A DNA stretch of 64,000 bases, taken from NCBI GenBank assembly GCA_000165345.1, contig CM000436.1, forward strand, positions 320,001 to 384,000, in the 5' to 3' direction. Position 1 is the first letter of the stretch. Each line of letters starts with the position of its first letter. The notes beneath the pieces are model-generated. The model ran no database searches. It was given only the letters and a program-made list of their open reading frames with translations, and was not told the DNA's origin. Position numbers and translations under genes: made by a program. Below, piece by piece: positions 21,801 to 32,524 of this stretch.

Positions 21801-22284
21801 GATGTGGTGCCGCTATTGTACTTGTTTGCATGGGCGGGTTATTCATTTTTGCCTCATGTTTGGGCGGGAACTGGCTCCCATAGGCCGTATTGTATGAGGA
21901 GCCAGTAGTAGGAATGCTTGAATTGTTGTTAGGAGGGGGGTATGTAGTTTGTTGAACAGGTTGTGGTTGTGAATTTGTGGGATTGTTATATGTATTGTAG
22001 TTATAGCTCTGGTTTATATTTGATGTGAAATTAGTGTTACTTTGAATCTGGTGGTTATTGTTTAGTTGTTGGTTATTAGCATTTTGTAGGTAATTATTCG
22101 TCTGACCATTATTATACTTATTATTAATTACGGAGTAATTTTGGACATACTGAGGTATGTTTGGTTGTTGAGTTGCACTTTGAATTGAAGATGAATTATT
22201 TGTTTGATTAGGAATGTCGTTTACTGGTAAGCTATTTCCATTTTGTGAGTAATTTGATGTACTAAAATTTGGATAAACTCTCAT
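18832..22284 (-). CDS. SEC24: COPII coat protein Sec24.
   Basis: The Q/N/P-rich N-terminus is followed by a Sec23/24 zinc finger, CLRCRAYANPF...CNFCGH, then trunk, beta-barrel and gelsolin-like regions. At 1150 aa, size and domain order fit Sec24 rather than Sec23. Confidence 0.85.
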   Translation of the reverse strand: MRVYPNFSTSNYSQNGNSLPVNDIPNQTNNSSSIQSATQQPNIPQYVQNYSVINNKYNNGQTNNYLQNANNQQLNNNHQIQSNTNFTSNINQSYNYNTYNNPTNSQPQPVQQTTYPPPNNNSSIPTTGSSYNTAYGSQFPPKHEAKMNNPPMQTSTIAAPHPGSSTQFHQGQYQTNLQTQQQQYQQQQQQQQHLAENSTNLVTSLTKPVQSRVDPSQIPRPVFGNIIDKDCCIYESDKYLLPPNSLAEPHSMLIDRGNATGKFYKLTLNQIPSQHSILQSMKLPCAAIIQPFPLLNDFENPVPIVNSSSTIEPIRCLRCRAYANPFTCVSQNGSQCLCNFCGHTFDIPMDYLRLLQSQIKTQSYQSPNDDQNNYPEIYHGVVDYFAPASLGVTTTPELPCYCFVIEASSMALQGNVTNLILYCLKHIFTQLAQSSPESNVTLILYSREILLFPYQNLNENSKPPIKMCVVSDIMEPFLPCPLSELCVPVAQGLEFLHELIDRIPSLIAPHSTPHNAYFSAVSLATQIFKARNSTGSIFSFVSSVPNIGFAAINTKETNVAPKSPPRKTSKGMKPSLGFVSGYLVHNIQQLDTMVQACREINVSLDTFIVTKIIQGDYSTGEQGQGLTSPNANAGSAFGANSVPTSTFAYLSQHTGGKLRLFTEFPFEKIYRDIYQTLYSIFFVQNVAYDCTFKLRCSRGIAVSKIYAPWTAGGPTPDLSAFQIPKLDSNTAIAFLLRHEENLEQRKNVFLQAACLYTCKDKRQRLLRVLTISIPVTTSITTAFRYASIEPIINIYARMAAHHIVSKGQRGFSGSSGSTSVSSTGAIAAATSVVPGLPFSTNKNSSSILTAWKQETLNSIIDMLFSYREHCANTSSTGQLILPDSLKLTLIYVSSLFKHPSLMPLNTVLEFTVSEQLVGLYELLYASVSFTTATLYPRLYPLHHSLILSESNNELQKLESVGLPYQLTFQNDSSINTGNNTNNMMGMNASNTSSFQSSDAPIISRYWLNHSIACSGERILSDGIYVLENGKEIYLYFGPQVDSKVISEIFGVTSINFENFTKLSFPPEDYLPTMESNIGISKRISNVVQQIRNDRFSVNCYMPVVIVSPVSQNIEAKFKAMLVEDAYGFETTYVDFLCNVHKLVQSKIVDS

Positions 22285-22596
22285 TATTTATTTAACTTTC
22301 TGGGTATTAAGTGTTAATAACCCATACAGTAGAGGATTATCTTTGCTCCTAATAGTATTTAATTATTCTCCCCAAATAAAATAAAGAAAGAAATGTAGAG
22401 AAAATATTCTCCTTAATTAATTTAACCATACAGTTTATTAACTAGGTTGTTGCTATTATTGTTAAATTTTTTTTATTAATTAATTTTAATATTCTTTTTT
22501 GATTAATTTTCTATTTTCCCCTCTTTCTAATATGCATTTACTATTATTTCAATTATTATTATTCCCACATTAAAGTAATAAATAAATTGCCCAATA

Positions 22597-22607
22597 GGCG
22601 GGAATTC
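22597..22607. promoter_or_regulatory. E2F-like site AGGCGGGAATT upstream of SEC24.
   Basis: Shares the extended GGCGGGAATTC core with the 4341 site. It lies about 315 bp upstream of the ATG at 22284. Confidence 0.45.
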
Positions 22608-22980
22608 TTATTTAAATTATTTAGTGGGGAAAATTAATTTAAAAAAAAATGAAAAAAATGCTTTCGTTTATTCATTCTTAAATATTAAAAAAAAAATTAT
22701 AATATATATAAGTTTCTATAATGAAATTGATGGATAATTGTTCTTTGATTTTGTGATTAATAAAATCTGATAATAAATAGAAAGTATTATTGAACTTAAA
22801 TATTAAAATTTTATATTATTTTCTTTCAATGTTTTGCTGTTATAAATAGATTTGTTTCTAGTAAAATATATTTATATAAAGGAAAATTATTTACTATTAA
22901 AGAAAGATCTACCTGAATTTTTAAAATAATTTCTAATTAAAAAAAAAAATTTTTATTCACAATATTTATTGGTAGCAAAT

Positions 22981-23015
22981 ATGTGGGGAAATGTTTCTAG
23001 TGTCCTATACCGGTG
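22981..23015. promoter_or_regulatory. ATGTGGGGAAATG and ATACCGGTG motifs upstream of the 23210 gene.
   Basis: The same two motifs co-occur in the TLK/POLE promoter. Confidence 0.45.
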
Positions 23016-23209
23016 TTTGTTGGCATTGCATACGTGTATTTTTTTTTTCAATGTGGAAGGGGAACTTAGGTGTAAAGGCAATGCAAAAAAAAAATAAAAA
23101 TAATATTATAGAGTAAGCAGAGAATAGTTATAAATTTTAAGTATTTTTTTTTTTTCTAATAAATAATTAATAAGGTAATTAACAAAATAAAATTAGTAAT
23201 TAGATTAAA

Positions 23210-25363
23210 ATGCTAGATGGGAAAATCAAGAAGCCTGCTCATCAAAAATTACATGAAACAGTTGGAAAACATAACAGTTACATGAAAAATGTTGTATATG
23301 GTGACGAAAATATAACTGAATTAAATAAAATGGAATATCCAAGAAACACACTTTTGAGAAATAATGGATTACCAGAAAAACTTGAAAAGCATTTAAACAA
23401 TGAAAAAGAAAGAGAATTAGAATCATTATATGAAGAAAATCGACAATTATTAATGGAAATTTCAAAACTACGTAAAACAAATCAATTGTTAGTCAAAGAT
23501 GTAAATAAGAAAAATGAAATTATTGATAGTCTTGATTCAAGTCTTGTTGAAGTTGAAGAAAAACTGGAAAATGCAAAAAAGAAGAATTGGAATATGTATA
23601 ATGAAATTTTGAATAGAGAAAGAAAGAATCAACAACAAAATAATACCAGAGAACATAATACAGATTCAAATAATTCTGATGATGAAACTTATGAGCTTAA
23701 GGCCTCTAAAATTGGAACTTTTAATACAGTAAATATAATAAAATCTAATAATAAAAAAGATTTAACTAGCAATAGACCAAAGTCTACAAGTATCTCTACT
23801 TCAACAGAAAATACCAAATGGCTACAAGACATGATTTTAGAATCTTTAAGTGAAAAACATGTGGAAAAGAAAGCATATGATAATTTAAAATATGAAGTTG
23901 AGAAGCTTCAGAAAGAAATTTATTCAATGCAAACTGACTTATTGAAAAGTAATATACATGATGAAGTCATTCAAGAACCAATTGTTGATCATTCTAATGG
24001 AAAGTTATCAGTCTTCCATTCCACTAGCTCTTCAACCAATAATTCTTCAAGCATTATTGGAACATCTGTCAGCGGCTTTAATACCATCAATAATACTTTC
24101 CAATCTACTTCTCTCGCTCAAGAACTAAAGGAGGTCAACAATACTACAACTAATAGCTCCTTTGACTCTTCACAGAAATCTGAAGAAATTCAACAAGAAT
24201 CTGAAAAGGAAAATGAACAAGAAAATGTTGAATCTATTCCTCCAAGAAGTGTTCACATATTAATGGGTAAGACTTTCTCTAGAGACAATAACATTGACAA
24301 AAAAATCAACAAATACAAAAATGGTCCTAGATATAATATTCAGAAATCTGATAATGACAATTTTATTCATCCAACTTCTAATTATTACAGATCTGATATT
24401 CAAACATTCCAAACTCAAATTAATCAACAACCAAGTATAGCTACTAACGGAAATAACTATTATTACTACTCATACTCTAATTTGAATAATAAACATCAAA
24501 ATTACAACAACCTTGATCTAAAGAACTATTCTCATATCTATAATACTAATTACACTAATCCGTTTTTAAGTGTATCTACGAATGATAATTATAATAATAT
24601 GAATAGGCCTTTACAAGCATTCCAAAACAATAACTATTCTATTTATAACTCAATTAGAAGACCCATAAACCTTGCTGAATATAGAGCTAATTATAAAAAC
24701 CAACCGCATATGGACAACTTAGTAAATCACCATCCCCTAATGACTAACTCCATGTTAGATTCAGGCTTAAACCCTCAAAACTTAAAACAAGGATTTATAC
24801 AACATCAATACTCTAAAATTAATTTTCCAGAATCAAATTTAAACTCAATTCCAAGTTTAAATCCATTCTATACACAAACTATTAACTTAAATAATTATTC
24901 AAATTTACCATTTCCACCATTTCAAGTCAAAATTACACAAATATTCAGGAGAAATAGAAACAATTCTGTTCCTCCTCCAAGACCTAAAAATGAATTAAAT
25001 TCTGAAAAAGTTGTTAATGAAGAAAATCATCCAGTATCTAACAAAATTGATCTACCCGATTCTAATAATGATTCAGATAAAGATCTCCCACAGGGATATA
25101 TTCGTTTCAAAACTTCTATTTCTTCTCCATTGAGCCAGGATGATTTCTTTTCCCCAATCTCAGGAAATGTTAATAATATCTGTCCTTGCGATAAAGCCAT
25201 TGATTCATGCGCAGCCATATCAAAAAAGCTAATTCAAAATAACTATGAGAAGAAAAACAAGATGAGATCATCGTCAACATCTCTTCCACTCCCGATTCCT
25301 TTAATCGCAAAAAATAACCAATTTCAGGGAACATCTGGTCTACTCAAGTTTAGTAAATACTAG
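23210..25363 (+). CDS. Hypothetical protein with an N-terminal coiled coil and an Asn/Ser-rich low-complexity centre.
   Basis: This is a 717-aa ORF with an ATG start. Heptad-like charged stretches cover residues ~50-130. No recognisable catalytic motif. Promoter motifs lie 150-230 bp upstream. Confidence 0.6.
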   Translation: MLDGKIKKPAHQKLHETVGKHNSYMKNVVYGDENITELNKMEYPRNTLLRNNGLPEKLEKHLNNEKERELESLYEENRQLLMEISKLRKTNQLLVKDVNKKNEIIDSLDSSLVEVEEKLENAKKKNWNMYNEILNRERKNQQQNNTREHNTDSNNSDDETYELKASKIGTFNTVNIIKSNNKKDLTSNRPKSTSISTSTENTKWLQDMILESLSEKHVEKKAYDNLKYEVEKLQKEIYSMQTDLLKSNIHDEVIQEPIVDHSNGKLSVFHSTSSSTNNSSSIIGTSVSGFNTINNTFQSTSLAQELKEVNNTTTNSSFDSSQKSEEIQQESEKENEQENVESIPPRSVHILMGKTFSRDNNIDKKINKYKNGPRYNIQKSDNDNFIHPTSNYYRSDIQTFQTQINQQPSIATNGNNYYYYSYSNLNNKHQNYNNLDLKNYSHIYNTNYTNPFLSVSTNDNYNNMNRPLQAFQNNNYSIYNSIRRPINLAEYRANYKNQPHMDNLVNHHPLMTNSMLDSGLNPQNLKQGFIQHQYSKINFPESNLNSIPSLNPFYTQTINLNNYSNLPFPPFQVKITQIFRRNRNNSVPPPRPKNELNSEKVVNEENHPVSNKIDLPDSNNDSDKDLPQGYIRFKTSISSPLSQDDFFSPISGNVNNICPCDKAIDSCAAISKKLIQNNYEKKNKMRSSSTSLPLPIPLIAKNNQFQGTSGLLKFSKY

Positions 25364-25622
25364 ACATCTACTCTCATTGTATCCTAGCGTGACTCAACAT
25401 ACGACTCCCCTTCCCATATCCATCTTATAACTATCTATTTACTGCTAGTCAAATCTACAATCTAAAAGCAACATACAGTATAAAAACCTTAATTAATACA
25501 CAATTATTATTCGTTGTTTTTTAATATAAAATTCATACTCCTAAAAATTCTCCTGTAGAGCTCAACATGAACCCTTCTGTCCATTATACTACCTACAAAT
25601 TATTAACCGCCACATTTTCGAA

Positions 25623-25668
25623 AGCGCCAAATCGCATGCATTTTCATGTGGACAATTCAATACCGGTA
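25623..25668. promoter_or_regulatory. GCGCCAAA half-site, GCATGCAT and TACCGGTA in the convergent spacer between the 23210 gene and clathrin.
   Basis: Read directly. The cluster sits 3' of both neighbours. Confidence 0.35.
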
Positions 25669-25685
25669 TTTATTTAGCTGGTTTT

Positions 25686-28600
25686 CTAGTGAAAGATTAA
25701 TTTATTGTTTGACATTAGATGATAATTATTATTTATTGTATTGGAAGAGTTAGAATTTGAGTTATTATTACTGTTGTTATTGTTCACATGATGATGAGAT
25801 GAAATCAGACCAGGAGAAATTGAAGAATTGGGCCCCATGTCAACGCAACTTGAAATGTTTTGTGAGTTAGAAACACTTGGATGACCGCCAGAAGCCGTAG
25901 TTGCAATGTCAGTAATTTGAAGAGTTTCAAGCTTCTTTTCAAGGACATCAATTCTATTGGTCATATCTCTAAGACTTTGTATGAAAAATGGCATTGTAGC
26001 ATCCAGACAATTATGTTTCCAAGCCATTTCCATTACAGTATCTGGTCTTAAAAACTCATAGCATGTATATAAACAAGCTACAAAGTTCTCCTTCTTGTTA
26101 TTACTAAGGAGGAATTCCAAAAGTTCTTCAATAAGAGCAACATTGCCACTCTTGTAAACCACTAAGATTGCTTCATCTATTAGCATCTCTTTCTGACAAA
26201 TTGAAAGAGCTTGTTGATAATTTGAATTCTTATCTAAGATCTTCACTGCAAGTTTTCTTAAATCATTCATTGGATGCTTTTCTAATCTGGCTGAAAGTTT
26301 TGCCTGGTCATAGTTGTCGCAAGTTAAAATTAATTTCATCAGCTTTTCAACTTCCACCTTCTCTATGTATAAATTAATCAAAGCCTCATTCACAACTTGA
26401 ATGTTCTCATCACTAATAGATTCTAAGAATTCTTGAATTATTGAAATATCGTAATTAGATCCACTCTGTGTTCCACTTTCTTTCCCAACTGAAGGTCTTG
26501 GAGAAATCCCTGTAATTGGACCCACTGTATTAGAGCTTGTTGAAGAAAGTCCTTGACTAAAATACTGTTGAATAAATCTAGTAGTAATATTAGCAAGATC
26601 AAAATTGCTTCCAGATCTTCCTGTCCCTGATTGACTATGAGCTCCACTTGTTGATTTAGTGGGAGAATAGTCTGATATATCACTAGAGTTCGACTTTGGT
26701 ATCATTTCAGAACTTTTTTTAGGCTTTAAAGTTAACATTAATAAACTATTTAGCAATTCTGGATGCTCTTGTAGATAGAAAGTCATTGATTTATAGAGAA
26801 TATCCACATTTGTAACGTTTTGTAGTATACTTAGGAATTGATCATTCTTCCATGCCTCTTTTGGATGACTTATTACTGTTAAAACTGCTTGATCAAACTC
26901 TTGATATTGGAGGTAAAGGTATACCACCTCATTCCAAAGCTGTCTTTGCTCACAGATCCTAGTAAGCTTTGGGATGTTAATTCTTCCTGAGTAAGAAGAA
27001 CAATAATCCATAAGCTTTTCAGGAGTATACTTTGCATAAAGTATTCCAAGTTCTGTGAAAAGGCTACCATTAGCACGATCTGTGTTTTGAATAGCTCCTT
27101 CTAATAGAGTTAGAAGCTCAGCTGTGAGACCCTTCTTCTCATATTCAGATACCACATCCTCACAGTAATCTGGATACACTATTATGTTAAGTCCAGCTTG
27201 ATGTGCTAACTCAGATTCACCAATCTGCATACAAATCTGCAAAAGCTCCTTCCAAGTTTTAGGAGAGTTTGCCTTCTTAGCAGTTTCCAAAGCGTTATTG
27301 TACTCTCCAAGTTGAATATAGCAACTAGTAAGCCTTGAGTAATTTGGTATTGCCTGATAGAAAATGATTGAGTATCTATAATCTTGTTCATCCATAAGTC
27401 TATCTCCAATTTTTTGAAGTTGTACTGTGTTAATACCTTGTAAGAAGCTTTGGAGATCTTGCAAAAGCTCCAACTTAGACATACAGTAAGCTAATTCTGT
27501 ATCAACAATTGGGTCTTTGGATGTTCTAGAATCTTTCAATCTTCGAACCATTTGTAAATACCCCAATAGTTCTCGATAAGCTTTAACTGAGAGACAATGT
27601 TCAATAATAAGTCTATAATCTCTGGTGTTCTCAGATTTAATAAAGCAATCAACAGCGTCCTTTGTTCGAGAAATCTTTAGATATTGTTGACCAAGAACAT
27701 CCCAAACAGAGTTATCATTGCAATAGGATGCAAAATCCTGAACCTTAGATAGATCCATATTAGCCAATTTTTCAATACTAATCATAGAATCCAAGTTTTT
27801 CATAAACTCAGATCCTTGTCCATCAATTTCAATACCCTCATTCTTTAACAATTCAAGCTTTGAAATCATTAATAAGGTCTCAACAGCCTCATTATTAAAA
27901 GAGAACTTCTTATAGATCTGAAAAGCATGTGAATAAAGCCCATGATCTATTGCAACTTTGGCCACCTCCTTAGCATCATAATTATCTAATCTGAGTACGT
28001 AATCATCCAATCTTCGAACATCTATCTTAATAGAAGTTAATAAAAGAAGATTTTGAAGGTTCTTATTCTGAGAAAATTCAGTGTTATTAACATGGAAGAT
28101 AATCTTCTCCAAAACTTCTAATAATGAATTCGGTACCTCTGCATTAATAAATGCCCTAATTACACAGCTAATTTCTTCAGATTTATTATAGAACTCTGGT
28201 AATATTGAAGAAGTAACCTGATCAATAATAGCTTGTCTACACTGCTCATTAACAACAGGTTCAATAGAATTCGAAGAATTTCCCAAAACTTTATTCCAAA
28301 GATCAAGATCTTGACGTTCAACAAGGTACCTAGCTAATAAACGATATAAATCATTTTTGTAGGTAACTTGTATAATTTCATCATCGCATTGTCCCCAAGC
28401 CTTTCTATAAGCAATATATGCAAGATAAGGATCTCTATCTTCACAATAATCTCCAATAGTTTTTGCGTCATAATGAGGATTAGTCTTAAGGAAATTCTCG
28501 GAATCCTTATTCATATCAATATAAATCTTTGCCAAAGCATTATGTAAAGCTGGATCTTGGTACCCTTCTTGAACTCTTTCTTCAAGCCAAGATAACAATA

Positions 28601-31600
28601 ACTTGAGACGATTTCTGTTTTCTGCTTGTTGAATTAGCTCTCCAAAGGAGAATGAGGATCCTAAAGTCTTGATCTCTTGTAAAAGAGATTTAACTAAATC
28701 CTCAGATCCATCAAGATCTATTAAGGTACCGATAACCAAAGGAGTTTGACTTGGATTAATCTTCAAAGTATAAACCTGTATGTACTTATAAAGTGACATA
28801 TGGTACAAGTAACTAATCAATTCTTCTACACGGTGATGAAGATCACAAACCCAAATTAATGGTCTTAAATCGCTCATCTTAATGCTCTTAAAGTACTCGA
28901 TGACTTGTTCTGGTTCGTAAGATTGTGGGAAATCCCTGCAAATCCTCTCAGCCTCTTGGATCTGGCCAAGATGGACTGAAGCTTCAATATACTTGAATAC
29001 AATAAAGGTAGAAAATGATCCTGTTCCACCATTAACCGATCCTGTATTAGAAGATGGTAATCTTCCCGATCCTGCCAGAACCACTCCAGCCCCTCCTCTA
29101 TTTTGAGTACCAGAATCTCCTATTAAGCTTTCACTAGACAAATTCAAAGAATCAGTAGAACCAGATGAAGATAAGCTATTTCCAGATAAATACTGAGTCA
29201 GATTTGACCCTACAACATAGTAAATGCCTTCCCAAATTCCCTGTTGTTCAAATAAAGTAATAATATTCTCTATTCCTATATTATCCACATTCTTAATACA
29301 TACCTGAATGACACTCTGTAAAACGGTGTTATTATTACTTAATGCTATCGAATTTGATGAACTGTTTCCTATTAACCCTGCTTGTCCATTACCTGGTAAT
29401 GCTCCATTAGACGCTAATCCACCTCCCATGGAAACTAATCCACCTGCCCCACTACTATTCTTGCAAACCAACAGTAGCTCCTTCAAACAATCAAATCTTG
29501 TCCTTGGACTTAATTTAGATAAGTAATTTGCCAGCCAATCGGTATTTAAACTCCCACAAGCTACTCCTAATATTCTCCTTATATCACGCATGTCAGAGAA
29601 ATTCTCAAGAGCCCTCTCATAGAGACCCGCCTTTTCGCAAAGGGCGGCAATTGCATGCTTGTCATAATGAGTGAAAAGGTCCATTTGGAAAAGGGCTTCA
29701 GCAACTTGTGGAGCATGAAGGAGATTAACTTCAAGTAGTTTTGTTTGGAGGGCAGAATCTTCTGGTTTATTAGCTTTGAGATGGTCTAGAAGGATAGAAG
29801 TGATTTCCTTATATCTAGAATGGGATACAAAAATCTCAACGACTGAAGTTTTATCTATATTAAGATCAAGAGATTCAGCAGAGGTGGAATTGGCCAGATC
29901 TGTTTGGGATGAAGGAGCAGGAGGGAGTATAACTGTTTTAACAAACTCAACAGTAGCATCAATATTGTTAGCAATTAAAAGACTGTTGAGTAATGACCTG
30001 ATATCAGTAGTAATAGTAGGCCAGTTTGAAGCTCTCTGTTCACGAATAAATTCTGAAACATGTGAGAAATTACCAATTTCAATAAGTGTTTGTAAGATTT
30101 TGGTTGGATTTTGAGGAGTACATTTTTTAAAAATCTTAAGAGCAAGTTTCTTTTCGCCATTCTGAAGTAGTGTATCTCCAAGTTCTTCAGAGAAAGCTAA
30201 CTTTTCTTCATTTATTAGGACTTGTAAGAAAGCTAAAGGTTGTGTAATGGAGGTAAATTCTGAAATTAAACTTGTAGAATTTGGAGAAAGTAATAGTCTA
30301 CAAAACTCAGTACTTTCAAATTGGTTTAAAGTGTGAAATTTGAATACAGTTGTAAAGTACTGGAATAATAACTTATTCGAAGAATCAACCATTTTGAAGT
30401 GATTAAGAGTTGCAGGAGTTCTTAAGCTCCCATTTTTATTAAGAGAAACAACTCTACAAGCATTTTGATAGTCTTGTCTCTTAATTGATTCATTGAACAT
30501 CCTAATTGAGAATTCATCTGTTCCCTGATAACCGTACCTCTGAGTCCATCTAAGAAGATTTGAATTTAGAGATAATTCAGGATTTGATTGGATATATGTA
30601 AGAACTGATGAGCTATTTAAAGTAATATGGAGAACCAGTCCTTTTTTATTTGCCATACAAATCCCGTGAAAACGGCTTGGAGAACCTAAAAACACAGAAT
30701 CCTGGCAGACCTTATTGCAATAAAGCAAAGTATTTGATGTTGGCTCCACGATATACAGAATTCCACCTCTTGTAATAATGAATATGACTCCAAAGTAACT
30801 TGAAACATAAGTATATATTGGAAAGTCAAAGCTATGTGCACCTCCAGCTGAGCCTTCATCTACAGTTGGAAGTTCAATAACAGCTTTGAATGGTGTTGGA
30901 GGAGATAATGATGACCCGAATTCACCAGATCCTGCTCTTTGGCCTGAAATATCCATTACATGAAGTCTAGCATTTGAATGTTCTTGTTTCTTCTCGACAA
31001 AGCAGACAATTGATGCTGGAGAATGTACAAAATCATCAACAATAAGCTCTCCAAAGTTACCAGAAAACCCTTCAATAAGTTGTTGTTGACGTTTTTCTAC
31101 TGAAAATAATTGAAGCTGGCCTTTAACGGAAATTGACCCAGTTGACTCATTTGTTACTGGGCAAAGTCCCATAAGCATACACCATCTTTGGCCAGAGTCT
31201 GTCTGATATCCAACAATTTGAGTTGATTGTTCTGCTAATTTTCCAGCTCTCTCAAAAATTCGAACAGGAATTGAATTAGAATTTCCTGATTCTATTGTCC
31301 AGTGATATATACCCTTATCACCAACAATTGCTAGAATTCTTGGAGTCAACCATCTCCAAAATACTACAGATTCAGGAAATAAGAATGCTCCAAGCTTCTC
31401 TTTAGAGTCTAGATTAAAGATTTGGACTGTACAACCATTATCTTCATATCTTCCTCTGACTACTAGAATATTTTCAATGGGATGTATTAAAGCGCTTTCT
31501 GCTTTCATTGGCTTTCTATTTATTCCTTTAGATTGAGTATCAATCACAACAATCTGTGAACCGCCATCAACACTTGTTTCCTTTACACCGACATATTTAT

Positions 31601-31709
31601 CTCCTTCCAATGTCAGGCTACCAAATCGAAAACATGATGAATTGATTCCAAGTTCCTCCAAATTTGCCAATACATTGGTAGTAATAGGGATTCCTCCCTT
31701 GTTCTGCAT
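25686..31709 (-). CDS. CHC: Clathrin heavy chain.
   Basis: The 2007-aa ORF has an N-terminal beta-propeller region (PITTNVLANLEELGINSSCFRFGSLTLEGDKYVGVKE matches the start of the clathrin terminal domain), followed by long alpha-solenoid CHCR repeats to the C-terminus. Several Gly/Ser/Asn low-complexity insertions are present. Confidence 0.9.
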   Translation of the reverse strand: MQNKGGIPITTNVLANLEELGINSSCFRFGSLTLEGDKYVGVKETSVDGGSQIVVIDTQSKGINRKPMKAESALIHPIENILVVRGRYEDNGCTVQIFNLDSKEKLGAFLFPESVVFWRWLTPRILAIVGDKGIYHWTIESGNSNSIPVRIFERAGKLAEQSTQIVGYQTDSGQRWCMLMGLCPVTNESTGSISVKGQLQLFSVEKRQQQLIEGFSGNFGELIVDDFVHSPASIVCFVEKKQEHSNARLHVMDISGQRAGSGEFGSSLSPPTPFKAVIELPTVDEGSAGGAHSFDFPIYTYVSSYFGVIFIITRGGILYIVEPTSNTLLYCNKVCQDSVFLGSPSRFHGICMANKKGLVLHITLNSSSVLTYIQSNPELSLNSNLLRWTQRYGYQGTDEFSIRMFNESIKRQDYQNACRVVSLNKNGSLRTPATLNHFKMVDSSNKLLFQYFTTVFKFHTLNQFESTEFCRLLLSPNSTSLISEFTSITQPLAFLQVLINEEKLAFSEELGDTLLQNGEKKLALKIFKKCTPQNPTKILQTLIEIGNFSHVSEFIREQRASNWPTITTDIRSLLNSLLIANNIDATVEFVKTVILPPAPSSQTDLANSTSAESLDLNIDKTSVVEIFVSHSRYKEITSILLDHLKANKPEDSALQTKLLEVNLLHAPQVAEALFQMDLFTHYDKHAIAALCEKAGLYERALENFSDMRDIRRILGVACGSLNTDWLANYLSKLSPRTRFDCLKELLLVCKNSSGAGGLVSMGGGLASNGALPGNGQAGLIGNSSSNSIALSNNNTVLQSVIQVCIKNVDNIGIENIITLFEQQGIWEGIYYVVGSNLTQYLSGNSLSSSGSTDSLNLSSESLIGDSGTQNRGGAGVVLAGSGRLPSSNTGSVNGGTGSFSTFIVFKYIEASVHLGQIQEAERICRDFPQSYEPEQVIEYFKSIKMSDLRPLIWVCDLHHRVEELISYLYHMSLYKYIQVYTLKINPSQTPLVIGTLIDLDGSEDLVKSLLQEIKTLGSSFSFGELIQQAENRNRLKLLLSWLEERVQEGYQDPALHNALAKIYIDMNKDSENFLKTNPHYDAKTIGDYCEDRDPYLAYIAYRKAWGQCDDEIIQVTYKNDLYRLLARYLVERQDLDLWNKVLGNSSNSIEPVVNEQCRQAIIDQVTSSILPEFYNKSEEISCVIRAFINAEVPNSLLEVLEKIIFHVNNTEFSQNKNLQNLLLLTSIKIDVRRLDDYVLRLDNYDAKEVAKVAIDHGLYSHAFQIYKKFSFNNEAVETLLMISKLELLKNEGIEIDGQGSEFMKNLDSMISIEKLANMDLSKVQDFASYCNDNSVWDVLGQQYLKISRTKDAVDCFIKSENTRDYRLIIEHCLSVKAYRELLGYLQMVRRLKDSRTSKDPIVDTELAYCMSKLELLQDLQSFLQGINTVQLQKIGDRLMDEQDYRYSIIFYQAIPNYSRLTSCYIQLGEYNNALETAKKANSPKTWKELLQICMQIGESELAHQAGLNIIVYPDYCEDVVSEYEKKGLTAELLTLLEGAIQNTDRANGSLFTELGILYAKYTPEKLMDYCSSYSGRINIPKLTRICEQRQLWNEVVYLYLQYQEFDQAVLTVISHPKEAWKNDQFLSILQNVTNVDILYKSMTFYLQEHPELLNSLLMLTLKPKKSSEMIPKSNSSDISDYSPTKSTSGAHSQSGTGRSGSNFDLANITTRFIQQYFSQGLSSTSSNTVGPITGISPRPSVGKESGTQSGSNYDISIIQEFLESISDENIQVVNEALINLYIEKVEVEKLMKLILTCDNYDQAKLSARLEKHPMNDLRKLAVKILDKNSNYQQALSICQKEMLIDEAILVVYKSGNVALIEELLEFLLSNNKKENFVACLYTCYEFLRPDTVMEMAWKHNCLDATMPFFIQSLRDMTNRIDVLEKKLETLQITDIATTASGGHPSVSNSQNISSCVDMGPNSSISPGLISSHHHVNNNNSNNNSNSNSSNTINNNYHLMSNNKLIFH

Positions 31710-32193
31710 CTTCCTCTACAATGAAAATCTATTATTTCTGCCTTCTCTTTTTATTTCTTTAATTAATAATTAAATAAGAATTTGTATTGTTTAGCCAAGT
31801 ATTAGTAATTATTCTTTTACATATACCCAGTTTAGATTAATAGCAAAAAATGTATATATATTGTGATATAAAGGGAAAATTAAGAAATAAGTTTCAGAGA
31901 ATTTTTGTTTAAAATATCTTAAAGCTCGTACTGTTCAGGGTCTCGATTACATAAATATTGCATATATATTTATATATATACTACATATACATATATATAC
32001 ATAAATATTTACAACAGGTCTAAGTAAACTTCACAGGCTTCAAACACTTTAAAACTTGCAAATTTTCCTGCTGTTCTTTTTTTTTTTGGAAACCTAAAAA
32101 TTACCTTTCCCCCTTAATTTAATTATTTCTTTTCTCCTTACCCTATTACCGTTATTGCTCCTTTATATAAGATTTTTTTTTGAGGGGTAAAAC

Positions 32194-32281
32194 TTTGGCG
32201 CCATACGTGGCGCTTCTTGGCGCCTAAAGTTGAAATTATTATTTTGTGAGAGCATGTAAAGGAGATATAATGTGGGGAAAT
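32194..32281. promoter_or_regulatory. Bidirectional clathrin / centrin promoter: three E2F-like half-sites (TTTGGCGCCA, GTGGCGCT, CTTGGCGCCTAAA) and TGTGGGGAAAT.
   Basis: Positions are 32194-32203, 32208-32215, 32217-32229 and 32270-32281. Confidence 0.55.
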
Positions 32282-32524
32282 AGGTTGTAATTAAAATTGG
32301 AATACAAGGAAAGGAAGAATTAAATAAATTGAGACTAAATAGGCGGAAGATAGATAATAATATATATTAAATTTGGTGAATTTAGTGGAAAATTTACGGC
32401 CTATTTGAGTTTTAAAGTCTGTTAAAAAACGACGGATTATAGCATATATTGAAAGAAAGGGAATTAATTTAAATAAAATAGAGAGAGATAGTTTTCAATA
32501 TCGTTTTAAGAGTAATTTTGAACA

